DNA of 64,000 nucleotides from Eledone cirrhosa (lineage: Eukaryota), in contig OZ024743.1 of NCBI GenBank assembly GCA_964016885.1, positions 105,648,001 through 105,712,000 on the forward strand, written 5' to 3'. The position numbers and the translations under genes were made by a program. Under the pieces are notes generated by a model, which did not search any database, had not been told where the DNA came from, and saw nothing but the letters and a program-made list of their open reading frames with translations. Positions 13,772-24,382 of this stretch are shown here, in pieces; position 1 is the first letter of the stretch; the number at the start of each line of letters is the position of its first letter.

Positions 13772-14280
13772 TCTATATCAACTTGGACGTATAAAAGTAA
13801 GTGATATTCACGTAAAAAGCTTGCAGAAATTTCTTTAGATGTTCAGAACAACGGGAAAACAGCACAAATTTCCCTCAACATCCATAAAGGCAGAAGAACG
13901 AAAGATAAAAAAAATATAAATGTTCTCAAGTGTCCATGACAGGGAAAATAATCCGGCAAATTTGTAAGAGAAAACAATCCGAAGTCGACAAGTCAAATCA
14001 CTTCATGGCAGAAAAATTAAATGTTTTTGATTTTTTTTTAAATGGAGAAGGATATGGCACAACATGATGCGTCTCAGCCAATCAGACGGCTGCATTTCGG
14101 AGAAGAAAGACAATTGGCGGGAAAATTGGCGGACCAGTCAGCCATTGTGATTTTTTTTTTATGTGTGTTAAACGAACAATTTTCAATTTCGTTATTTTCG
14201 CATAGTTGCAAGAAATAAAATATTAGTTTCGTCAATTTTTTTTTTTTAATAATGTTTCTCTAGAGGTTTTAGAAGTCTTT

Positions 14281-14322
14281 ATGAGAAGGTTGCTTGTTCG
14301 AATCACGTCGGGATGGTCACCA
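14281..14322 (-). promoter_or_regulatory. Extended primer-binding site complementary to the 3' half of tRNA-Trp
   Basis: Plus strand agaaggttgcttgttcgaatcacgtcggg(at)ggtcacca, versus the metazoan tRNA-Trp 3' half AGAAGGTTGCGTGTTCRAATCACGTCGGGGTCACCA (recalled consensus). Confidence 0.88.
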
Positions 14323-14740
14323 ATTTAGAAGGCTGCGTTGTTTTTATGATTTAGAGGAGAGTTCGTTTCTCTAGCTTGGCTGGTAGAACATCTCTACTAT
14401 TTGTTGTTAGGTGTAGGTACGCAATTAAGCAAAAAAGAACATACCTCGAGATTATATGTACATGAGCATTTTAATCAGAGCAATTAACAAAACAGGTTAC
14501 CATATCAGTTGTTCCTAGGTTGGTAATTCGTAATTATCATTAATTGGCGGTCTTCAATTATCCCGTGACCGCATGGTATGCTATCGCTGTTTCGCCACCG
14601 TGAAACGCGTCTGTTCGCCTCTAGATACAAAAGTCGAAGGGAGAGTGTATTCAGCTACTGACGTCAGAACGTGACGTCAGAACTAAGGGCAGTTAATAGA
14701 CTGCCTCCAAAGTCAAAGCTAGGTGGCGTGATCTTCTACA
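14314..14740 (-). repeat. 5' LTR (427 bp)
   Basis: Direct repeat of 9334-9759; begins TGTAGAAG on the minus strand. Confidence 0.95.
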
Positions 14741-14849
14741 AACATATATGTTTATCTGTGGTTTTTTAACTATGGAGAGCTTGCCAGCATAACTCTGACT
14801 TTGCGTTTCGTTTCGCTTTTTCCAACTGCAGAAATGTGATTCTCGCTGA

Positions 14850-14891
<42 letters not shown>

Positions 14892-14923
14892 GTTAGATTA
14901 TCAATATTAGTATTATTGGGGCA

Positions 14924-15050
14924 CCCACTGATGAATTATAGGAGCCCACTTGAATATATATCTATTGATGGTATACAAACTCCTACATACATTGGTATAA
15001 TTTCACCCAAATTGTAGGAATCCTATAATGAAACGAGACGTCCGTCTGGG
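14924..15050 (+). ncRNA. Type I hammerhead ribozyme with long stem II insertion
   Basis: ccca CTGATGA attatagga-[about 77 nt]-tcctataat GAAACG agacgtc CGTC tggg; predicted cleavage after C15046. Confidence 0.85.
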
Positions 15051-15622
15051 AAGAGATATATTCGATATGTCTCATATGAAATAATATAGCCAATTTTCCA
15101 CGCAATATTTTTAGTTAGCACCCCGAACGCATAATTGGGAATATAATCACTTATTTCCTAATGTTTGTTGAGTGCGTTGGAATTTGGTCGGAGTATCGCT
15201 AAATAGCTTTCTCCGATATTGTATTTATTTATTTACTCTTGGCGCAGCAGATTTGAAATCTTCCCGGTATAAGGTTAGGATTTCTCTGTTTATTTTTTAT
15301 ATATGAATATTGATTGTTCCTTATATCTCATTCTGTTATTTTGCCCGAGAAAATATCTGTGTGTGTCATCAAATGTACACACATAGATATTTGTTCAATT
15401 TCCAATTGAGTTCTTGCACGTGGCCTGAATTCCTTTTAGAGTTCATTGTCACGCGCATGTATTGTTTTTTTTGGCGGTAATTTTCTTCCTCATTTTTGAA
15501 TCAGTTTGAGCATTTCTTTAGAACTGCTGGACTGGCAACCTGACAGATACCTCAGGCACAGATGAGGATTATCGCTAAATACTGATGTTGGTTAGATTAT
15601 CAACATTAGTATTATTGGGGCA

Positions 15623-15749
15623 CCCACTGATGAATTATAGGAGCCCACTTGAATATATATCTATTGATGGTATACAAGCTCCTACATAAATTGATATAAT
15701 TTCACCCAAATTGTAGGACTCCTATAATGAAAGAAGACGTCCGTCTGGG
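15623..15749 (+). ncRNA. Second copy of the HHR, stem III mutated (GAAAGA)
   Basis: CTGATGA at 15627-15633, same stem II, gaaagaagacgtccGTCtggg. Confidence 0.7.
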
Positions 15750-15901
15750 AAGATATATATTCGATATGTCTCATATGAAATAATACAGCCAATTTTCCAC
15801 GCAATACTTTTAGTTAGCACCCCGAACGCATAATTTCCTAATGTTTGTTGAGTGAGTTGGAATTTGGCCGGAGTATCGCTAAATAGCTTTCTCCAATATT
15901 G

Positions 15902-15947
<46 letters not shown>

Positions 15948-16339
15948 AAATGCTTATAACATTTCTCCACACACAGACTATATCAATCATATAAAGAATT
16001 TGCCACTAGATCTACCAACCTAACACTCTTGTTTACCTACCTAAGTGCCTCTACCACACATATCTCTCTGCCACACTATATAAACAAGACGCACATGCGT
16101 GCCACACATATAACATTTGCACTATATAACCGCTTATCTTCATGTTGTATTTTAACCTGTATTTTTGATTTTTGATTGTACCTCTTAATATAAATGTAAT
16201 CTCGAAGTGTGTACTGCCACTCTAAATTCTGTAATGAATGTTGACCCACAATGTTTGAATATGTATCAATGTTTGAATATGTATCGGTATGTCTCTCGGC
16301 TGAAAACGAGGTCATATAACTGTCCATGCATTAATAAAT

Positions 16340-16386
16340 TGCTCCGAAGAATCCAAACCTCGGTTTGGAGGAAACAGCTGTAAGCA
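16340..16386 (+). ncRNA. Type I HHR with core variant CCGAAGA
   Basis: tgct CCGAAGA a tccaaac-ctcg-gtttgga g GAAAC agct GTA agca. Confidence 0.7.
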
Positions 16387-16587
16387 CAATAATGTTTTGA
16401 ACAGTTCTTTGATTCTTATATTTCATATAACTGCTCTGTAAATCATGTGATGTTTTTACATTGAGCTACTTAACTTACTGGTAATAAGGTAGTAATACAT
16501 TACTGCCTACCACTATTTAGGGTGTGTGTAAAATACTTATAACTGCATAAGGTTTTGTATTTACATAACCATAAATAGTATAACTAA

Positions 16588-16630
<43 letters not shown>

Positions 16631-16671
16631 CGAAACATAAGTCAACTGCATGAACTCATTATCCTTTATTT

Positions 16672-16727
16672 ACTGCTATATATATTTCGATGATAGCCAT
16701 TGGATGGCTATGACCTCATCAGGCAGT
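16672..16727 (-). ncRNA. Type I hammerhead ribozyme
   Basis: Minus strand: actgc CTGATGA ggtc atagcca-tccaa-tggctat catc GAAAT atat ATA gcagt. Confidence 0.8.
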
Positions 16728-16882
16728 TAGTCAGTTCTTACATATGCAAGCTCTGTGTGTATAGTGTTGATGGTATCAGAGCCTTGGGACATATGAGCTT
16801 GTTAGGAATAATTTGATGTTGTCAGCGGGAATAGTCATATACAGTACCGATTGTGTTGTTATTTCTGTTTACCTTGTACACA

Positions 16883-16940
<58 letters not shown>

Positions 16941-16987
16941 GATGTAATATGCATACAAAATATGTTCGTCAAATCAAAAGAATTGAG

Positions 16988-17172
<185 letters not shown>

Positions 17173-17825
17173 GTGTACGACAGGCTTCGTAATTTATTTC
17201 CTAGATGGTAAGAGAGTTTCATAATTAGCGTAGATGGTTCTATTGAAATAGATAGTCCTTTTCTTAAATCGGATTTAAGAAAGAGGTATGAGTTGACATT
17301 TAGCATAATACTTTTATTTCAGATGGGTACTTGCAAATATTTTCATAGCCACACATGATTTTTGATGTTGAAGTACTATGAAGTTTATTGAAAGCCACCC
17401 AGCATTTTGTAGTCGAGTATTTCTGGTACGTGAGAAGAAACAGGAGATAATATAAGGAATCTGCAATTCCTCATACTATTAGTAATATATAGGAAATAAC
17501 TTAGCTTCAAGCTGAAACTTATGTCCTACTTAACGGGCTTTCTTTACGCATTTACTGTGGCGAAAGTGAAAACATACAAGATAATGCTGGAATAATTGAT
17601 AGATACATAGAGTATATTATTATGATGTATTACTTTCTATTCAGAATTTGTTAGTCAAATACATATTTTCCCTGAAGGCTAAGCAAAGCCCTTTCAAAGC
17701 CATTTGGTTAGCATCGTAAATTATTAGGCAAAAACCTGCTGATACCTGCTATTATCATAGTCATCAGTAACACGTCCAATTGCAGCATAGCAACTTTTCA
17801 TGATGTTACATTCAAAGAAACTTAC

Positions 17826-17881
17826 CATTAGATATATTATGTCTAACGTTTTCAGCATATCTTCATTGCGACTACAAGTAG
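17826..17881 (-). other. Candidate 56-nt internal exon of an unidentified host gene
   Basis: Minus strand: tttttaattttctgtag acceptor, GTAAGT donor, one open frame TCSRNEDMLKTLDIIYLM. No homology recognised. Confidence 0.25.
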
Positions 17882-18042
17882 CTACAGAAAATTAAAAAAA
17901 TTGAATTAGGCGACGAAAGGTTGGACAGATAGCCATCCAGCATAGAGCAGTTGGTGGGTTTGATTCTCTCAGGCGACTCTGACATCCATTTTCCGCCTCC
18001 ATGCATAACTTGAATATATGAATTGTTGCAAAAGCTCCCCGG

Positions 18043-18146
<104 letters not shown>

Positions 18147-18416
18147 CATACACATACACACATATATATAAATATATATATATATAACAAAATATATTCC
18201 TTCCATATGCTATACCGATTGTGTTGTTATTTCTGTTTATCTTTTACACACACACATACACACACTCTCTCTCTCTCTCACACACACACACATACGCACA
18301 CACCCATATATATATATATATACATATATATAACCTAATATATTCCTTGCACATACTGTACCAATTGTGTTGTTATTTCTGTTTACATTTTACACATTTA
18401 CACACACACACACACA

Positions 18417-18475
<59 letters not shown>

Positions 18476-18710
18476 ACACACACAAACACACACACACATA
18501 CACACACACACACACACACACTCACTCACACACACACACATATATATATATATACATATATAAAAGTTCTATTTAAATTGTTGGGATACAACAAGCAAAT
18601 ATTTTTATAACTGATATAAAGCACTCGACAAGTATTTGGAGTAAATAAAAGTAACGGTTGTATTTTGAAAGGGTACGTCAACATTTATTTATAAAACTGG
18701 TATATATTGT

Positions 18711-18773
18711 ATTTTGTCTGATGAAAGCATACCATAATTTAACATGGTATCCTTGAAATATGTATAATAAAAT
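18711..18773 (+). ncRNA. Type I hammerhead ribozyme
   Basis: attttgt CTGATGA aagcatacca..tggtatcctt GAAAT atgt ATA ataaaat. Confidence 0.8.
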
Positions 18774-18813
18774 AGATATGGTTTTATAAATATAGTTTCC
18801 ATTTGTTAATATC

Positions 18814-18859
<46 letters not shown>

Positions 18860-19266
18860 GTGTGTGTGGAGGGGTGTATTTCGAAGAAATAGCTGACTGA
18901 ACACATACCTACTATTGTTCGAAATATTTTTCCCGCTCTTTCCTTTTCTCACTCTCATTCTTTCTATATCCGTTCTTTATCTCATTCTATATACTCATGA
19001 AGGACTAATATCCGAAACGTTTAGACACTTTTCCTAATATATCAAGCGTTATGTTAATATATTTCTTCAATGCATTCTCTCTCTCTCATTCTTTATATGT
19101 ATATATATATATATGTAAGCAAAAGGGATATTCAATTTGCTGGTAATTCAACAAATATAAATGTTTATAACTGATTCAGAGCACTTGACAGATTTTCTGG
19201 AGTATAATACTCAATGATATTTAATGATATTTAATAAATGGAAACTATATTTATAAAACCATATTT

Positions 19267-19325
19267 ATTCTATTATATATATTTCAAGTCTAACAAAACT
19301 TTGGTACGCTTTCATCAGATAAAAT
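19267..19325 (-). ncRNA. Type I hammerhead ribozyme, stem II partly decayed
   Basis: Minus strand: attttat CTGATGA aagcgtaccaaagttttgttagactt GAAAT atat ATA atagaat. Confidence 0.7.
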
Positions 19326-19854
19326 TCCAAGTTTGTTTTATAAATGTTGACATAACCAAGAAAAGATACCTTAACGGTTCAAGTTTTTCTTGGATAGTGA
19401 AGGGAAAAGAGAAGAAAAGTAAGATATTTCAAATTATTACGATAAAATAAGATAAAATAATAAGATAGATTAATAAGATAAAATCTACTTACAACCATAA
19501 TTCTTCATATAATCTAATTGATTATATATACAATATTATAACTCATAATATAGCTAAATAAATTTAAATTCTGGAATCATATTCCACCATTCCAGCAAAT
19601 TGTTAAATCCTTTTAAATTAACGTAAATACAAGCTCTTCTTTCTTTTTTTCTTCTTCCTACTCATACATACATATATTCTAATTATTTAAATTCTGCATA
19701 GTGTCTAAAATAACGTTTTTTCCGCCCTATACCTCAACCTCATTTGCATACTTATCTTAATAATTTGAAATATCTGACTTTTCTTCTCTTTTCCTTTCAA
19801 CATCCAATAAAAACTTGAACCGAAATATGTCAAAATTTATAAAACAAACTTTGT

Positions 19855-19913
19855 ATTTTATCTGATGAAAGCATACCAAAGTTTTGGTACCCTTGAAATA
19901 TATATAATAGAAT
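19855..19913 (+). ncRNA. Type I hammerhead ribozyme
   Basis: attttat CTGATGA aagca tacca-aagttt-tggta ccctt GAAAT atat ATA atagaat. Confidence 0.8.
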
Positions 19914-20074
19914 AAATATGGTTTTATAAATATAGTTTCCATTTATTAAATATCATTGTATACATATATATATATATATATATTTATTAAAATAACAGAT
20001 TAAAGTTTAAGCAAAGAATTGCTGCTTTCACCCGTAATAAATAAATATTTGCTCTAGGGTTCTTATATATATTG

Positions 20075-20117
<43 letters not shown>

Positions 20118-20322
20118 TATCGAGAGAGATAAAAAAGGAAAGATAGGCGATACATATATTTAGTTGCCAATAGTTTATGCAGATGTGCTCAATAGTCGTG
20201 CCTACAGGGTTAAATATTAGCAGAGTCAATATTTAGTGGGCGAGAAAAAGTAAGCAGAGCGATCATAAAGGAAATGAATACAAGGAGTTTAAAAGCGTTA
20301 AAACATGTATATATTACAGGGC

Positions 20323-20359
20323 GCCTACGTACGTTTCGCCTGGATGGGTTTATCAAGGC
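20323..20359 (-). ncRNA. Decayed HHR downstream of the GIY-YIG fragment
   Basis: Minus strand: gcc TTGATAA acccatccaggc GAAAC gtac GTA ggc; two core substitutions. Confidence 0.55.
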
Positions 20360-20728
20360 CATGGAAAACAAAAAATGAGAAATACGCGAGCCAGGAGTTT
20401 TACGGTTAAATTCACATCAGAGTTCATTCTTCGCCTACGTGCATGTGCTGTTATTATCGCAGAGCGGGGGGGTAACTATGGCCGGTGTTCAAACAATCTA
20501 GTCCCACTTGGCTTTTTATACCTAATCATATGATGGTGTTTTGCATTTTTATATTATGAGTGCTGTTTCACTAATGCCAGTTCAAGTCGGGGCTGGGATG
20601 CATATTTATCAATCAGTGGGTGTTGCTTCGAGCAGGGTCTGGGATGTACATTTGCTTCACAGACGTTTGTTTGTACCGCCTGCCCCTGGGGTGTTATGGT
20701 TAGGGCAGGGGGACCCAGTTTATAGTGT

Positions 20729-21055
20729 TCATGCCACAGTCGTTTCCCTGGCAAAGTATGACACCTGCACTCGGTGTTTACAATTTATGACTGATTCAGC
20801 TCGGTTGTTTATGAGCTCGTGGGGTGTTCTTATGGAGTAGTAAAGCTCCATGAGCCAGAGCTCGCATTTCCTCTTAAAGTTGTAGGGTGCAGCCCTACCG
20901 ACAATATCCCAGTGTGTGGAGAAGCTGATGTTGGCGTCTTGTAATGTGGTGACGTAATTGGCATGTGACGTGGAGTGCCTTAGTTTTTTGTTCCTGAAAG
21001 AGTGGAGATGTGTTCTAAATCTCGTTTTAAACTGGCTAATGACAGTACCAATGAC
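20729..21055 (-). pseudogene. PLE GIY-YIG endonuclease C-terminal fragment (Naiad-like), absent from the ORF track
   Basis: Own translation: IGTVISQFKTRFRTHLHSFRNKKLRHSTSHANYV...WDIVGRAAPYNFKRKCELWLMELYYSIRTPHELINNRAESVINCKHR..*. Confidence 0.85.
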
Positions 21056-21504
21056 CGAGATAGAGAGTTAGATAAATAACAACATAGGTAAACATTCTTG
21101 TTGATACGAGTGAAAGAGTTATGTAGCAGTCTTTTAAAAATTGTATGAGGATTACCAAGAGGTGTACAGTCGTTTCGTGTATCTTGAAACTACTTATTGC
21201 CGTGTTTCACGATTGTTGTTGTGGAATGTTCTGCTAGAGAACGGGATCGACTAACAGTTATTTGTTACACTGAAGTCTCTATACGAATGCCCTAATAGTT
21301 GTTTCCGGATAAATTCAAACTTAATTGGCGGAGCATGTTCACGTTTACGTATGTTTAAATCGGTGACTTTGTTATATATATACATAGATAAAAATGCTCG
21401 ACAAAATATTTACCAGACTTGGAAATAGCTCATTGAGGTGATCGTACCGTCCAATTCTAGATAGAGTCACAGTATGGCCATTTAGGCAATGTTATCTGTA
21501 TATA

Positions 21505-21665
21505 TTATAATAAACAAAGAAAGTGTGGTAAGATACCAGGTGTACCATAAGGCACCAGCCTACTCGATACCCGACGGCTGATGTCCGGCCGTTTCGACAG
21601 CTAGATCCAAACTAGCTGTCGAAACGACCGGAACTCAGCCGTCGGGTTCTTGACTTTTTTCCTAT
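21505..21665. mobile_element. Diverged subfamily copy of the palindromic element seen at 1575-2567
   Basis: cccgacggctgatgtccggccgtttcgacagctag-atccaaa-ctagctgtcgaaacgaccggaactcagccgtcggg. Confidence 0.75.
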
Positions 21666-21672
21666 ATATTAT

Positions 21673-21800
21673 AATTATTTCTACTTTTGGCACAAGGCCA
21701 GCAATTACCCAGTACATTACTGGTACTTTATTTTATCGATCCCATAAAGATGAAAGGCAAAATTAACCTTGGCGGGATTTGACCTTAGAATGGAAAGAGC
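21673..21800 (-). mobile_element. tRNA-derived SINE, family 1
   Basis: Reverse complement of gagttcaaatcccgccgagg..tttgcctttcatcc..cgataaaataaagtaccagt..ctggccttgtgccaaaagtagaaa. Confidence 0.85.
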
Positions 21801-23167
21801 CATATATAATATAATATATATATATATCACTTTTATGAAACAAAATTCAAAATAAGTTACGGTTTCATGTTTGGAGATGTACATTTTGATAGAATGTAGA
21901 ATCTCATTTTCGATTGAATCAGGATTTTAAAAAAAATGTCTTTTTATATCTTTGTCGATCTTCCTCCTAAATACGTTCCTGAGATTTATGTCTTCTTCTG
22001 TAATATCATTGAAAGCCGACAGTAAATTTGTAAATTTTCCTTCTTTTCGAATGGAACAGGCCTATGTTTTCAAGTAGTTTTACAGAAATATCTAGTTCCA
22101 TTATAAACTAAGTTATATGACTTCACAGAGTTGATAACTGACCTTTATCTTTCAAAAGAAAATGTAGAGATAAATATCGGAGAAACATTCATCAGTACAC
22201 ACATTGTATTCTACCATAATATATAAGCAGTGCATTGTAAATATACAATACTTTGACAAAGTCTATATATTTTTTCATTCTACTGATTGTATATAAGTTT
22301 CATTACTAATAAAAGGAAATTATTTCATAATTAAATTCCGTGACTACATTTGTGAAATATCTGAAAACATTATATGCAAGAAAAGGTGAACTACAATCGA
22401 CGCAACCCAACCGCATATATATAGTATCTGTTGATACCTATATTTTTTTTATCTTTCAAGAATAAGTTTTCCCTCTCTAACATAATAACCTCTCCGATGT
22501 TGGGTGTGTGGTAGGATCAATAGTATTCATTGGATAATAACTTAGAATCTAAATAATTGTTTACAGGAAAATTAATATTTTATTATAATTCAATACGAAC
22601 TCTTTTCTTCTCTTCTTTTGTCCCATCTTCATTGACTTTCGTTTTCTAAAACGTACGTATTCTATAATTATTTTAACAATACGTTTTCTCCTGTTATACA
22701 TTCCCTCTCTTCTTGTGTCTACACATGGCTTTTGTATTTTGCTTGTATTATATCTCTGCATGCAGGCCTCTGCAGGTTCTGAATACACTGTCACTAGTTC
22801 CTTTCACGTTGTCTTCTTTCATTCTCTTCACTCGCCCTCTCTCTGCATCTGTCTCTTTCCATTTTCTCCATAGGGAATAACGACAAGTATTCCACTACTT
22901 TGATCAACTGAACAGGCTGCTCGTCAAGTTAACATTGAAGTGACTGAACATTCCACAGACACGCTTACATTCAGCGTAGTTATCAGGGAGATTCGTAATC
23001 ATGCAATACGCGACAAAGACGGGCCTTGAATTACAGATTCAATAATTTTCCCCCTAGTTTATAGAACTGAAGTAACGTTAAATAAAGTACATTATACAAA
23101 GATTCAACCGGCCACCTAGCATCGAGTTCAAGACCTCTTACAATTTTTTACCGACCACCCTAAACAT

Positions 23168-23355
23168 AATTGTTTCTACTATTGGCACAAGGCCAGCAAT
23201 TATCCTAGTGCATTACTGGTACTTTATTTATCGACCCCGTAAGGATGAAAGACAAAGTTAACCTCGGCGGGATTTGAACTCAGACCATAAAGGGATGTAT
23301 CTCTATGCTGGAAAGCATGGCATCCGACCCTCTACCGAAACTGCCAATTGTCCGC
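23168..23355 (-). mobile_element. tRNA-derived SINE, family 1, near full length
   Basis: Same diagnostic motifs, with a B-box-like gagttcaaatccc. Confidence 0.9.
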
Positions 23356-23715
23356 CCTTATACCATAATTCCACACACCTTGTCATTATTCAATTCATCT
23401 GCCGCTATTTTTCATATTTTATTACCACCTTTTTTGCATTGTTTCGCAATTATTGAGCCTCTGTCCATTTCTTCGTTCGAGAAAAATCGAATGTTCATAA
23501 AGAAACGCACTCTTTTGTGTCTACTTTCCACCAAATAGATACACACATCAACTCTTATTGCTTTACAGTAACTAAAGGAGAGAGCCGTTCAGTGCTGGAA
23601 ATCGTTTCATCGAAGACATATTTATTCAAAGAAAAATGAGTAAGGCCGAAGTAACTTCATCTGGCCACTGTTTTTGTGTTACTTTCCTTTGATGTATTCA
23701 TGCTCTGACTCTCTT

Positions 23716-23735
23716 TGTTGTTGTTGTTGTTGTTT

Positions 23736-23772
<37 letters not shown>

Positions 23773-23835
23773 GGTTCTTCTTCTTCTTCTTCTTCTTCTT
23801 CTTCTTCTTCTTCTTCTCTCTCTCTCTCCCTCTCT
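23716..23835. repeat. (TTG)n-(TTC)n-(TC)n compound microsatellite
   Basis: Direct reading. Confidence 0.97.
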
Positions 23836-24094
23836 CTTACTCTCTTACACAATTTTTTCTCTTTCTTTCCCTCTACACACAAGCATATATATATATATAT
23901 ACATACAAATATATACTTGTATCTGTCTGTCGATGTGTCAATGGTGGGGGTCAATAACCTTGTCACTCCTGATGTAATAATTCTAATAACGTCATGTGAT
24001 GAGAGTTTTTCGTTTTTGGTTGTTGTAGTTTTTCATTATATACTATTCCTTTGTGCACTTTAAACTTTAATCTTGCTACAGAGCCATTTATATA

Positions 24095-24170
<76 letters not shown>

Positions 24171-24382
24171 ATACATAAACAGAGAAAGCCTTAAGCGATA
24201 CTCCGACCAACTCCATCTCACTCAACAAACATTATGATATACTTAAGTATTATTCCAATTTAGTGTTTGGGGTGCTAACTAATCAGTGTTTCGGGGATAA
24301 TTGGTTGTATTCTTTTATATGAGACATTATTAAATAAATATCTCATTTCTTCCAGACGGCCGTTTCGTTATATATATATGTA

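Larger units (their letters stand above)
9334..14740 (-). mobile_element. Full-length decayed Ty3/Gypsy LTR retrotransposon, CsRn1/Boudicca/Kabuki-type
   Basis: Paired LTRs, tRNA-Trp PBS, gag with CHCC knuckle, PR-RT-RH-IN order, and AACAT at 9319-9323 and 14741-14745. Confidence 0.95.
14888..15908 (+). mobile_element. Retrozyme-like/PLE-derived element with two about 330-bp direct repeats, each carrying an HHR, inside (TA)n
   Basis: 14888-15230 matches 15587-15908 (699-bp period). A reverse-oriented fragment of the same family lies at 24195-24370. Confidence 0.85.
18590..19960. mobile_element. Three copies of one HHR-bearing family (plus 18590-18815, minus 19160-19450, plus 19755-19958)
   Basis: Shared tail atatggttttataaatatagtttccattt and shared HHR; copies 2 and 3 form an inverted pair. 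Confidence 0.85.

Noticed and set aside
14281-14322. tRNA-Trp gene
   Set aside because: Only the 3' half with encoded CCA, adjacent to an LTR; it is a primer-binding site.
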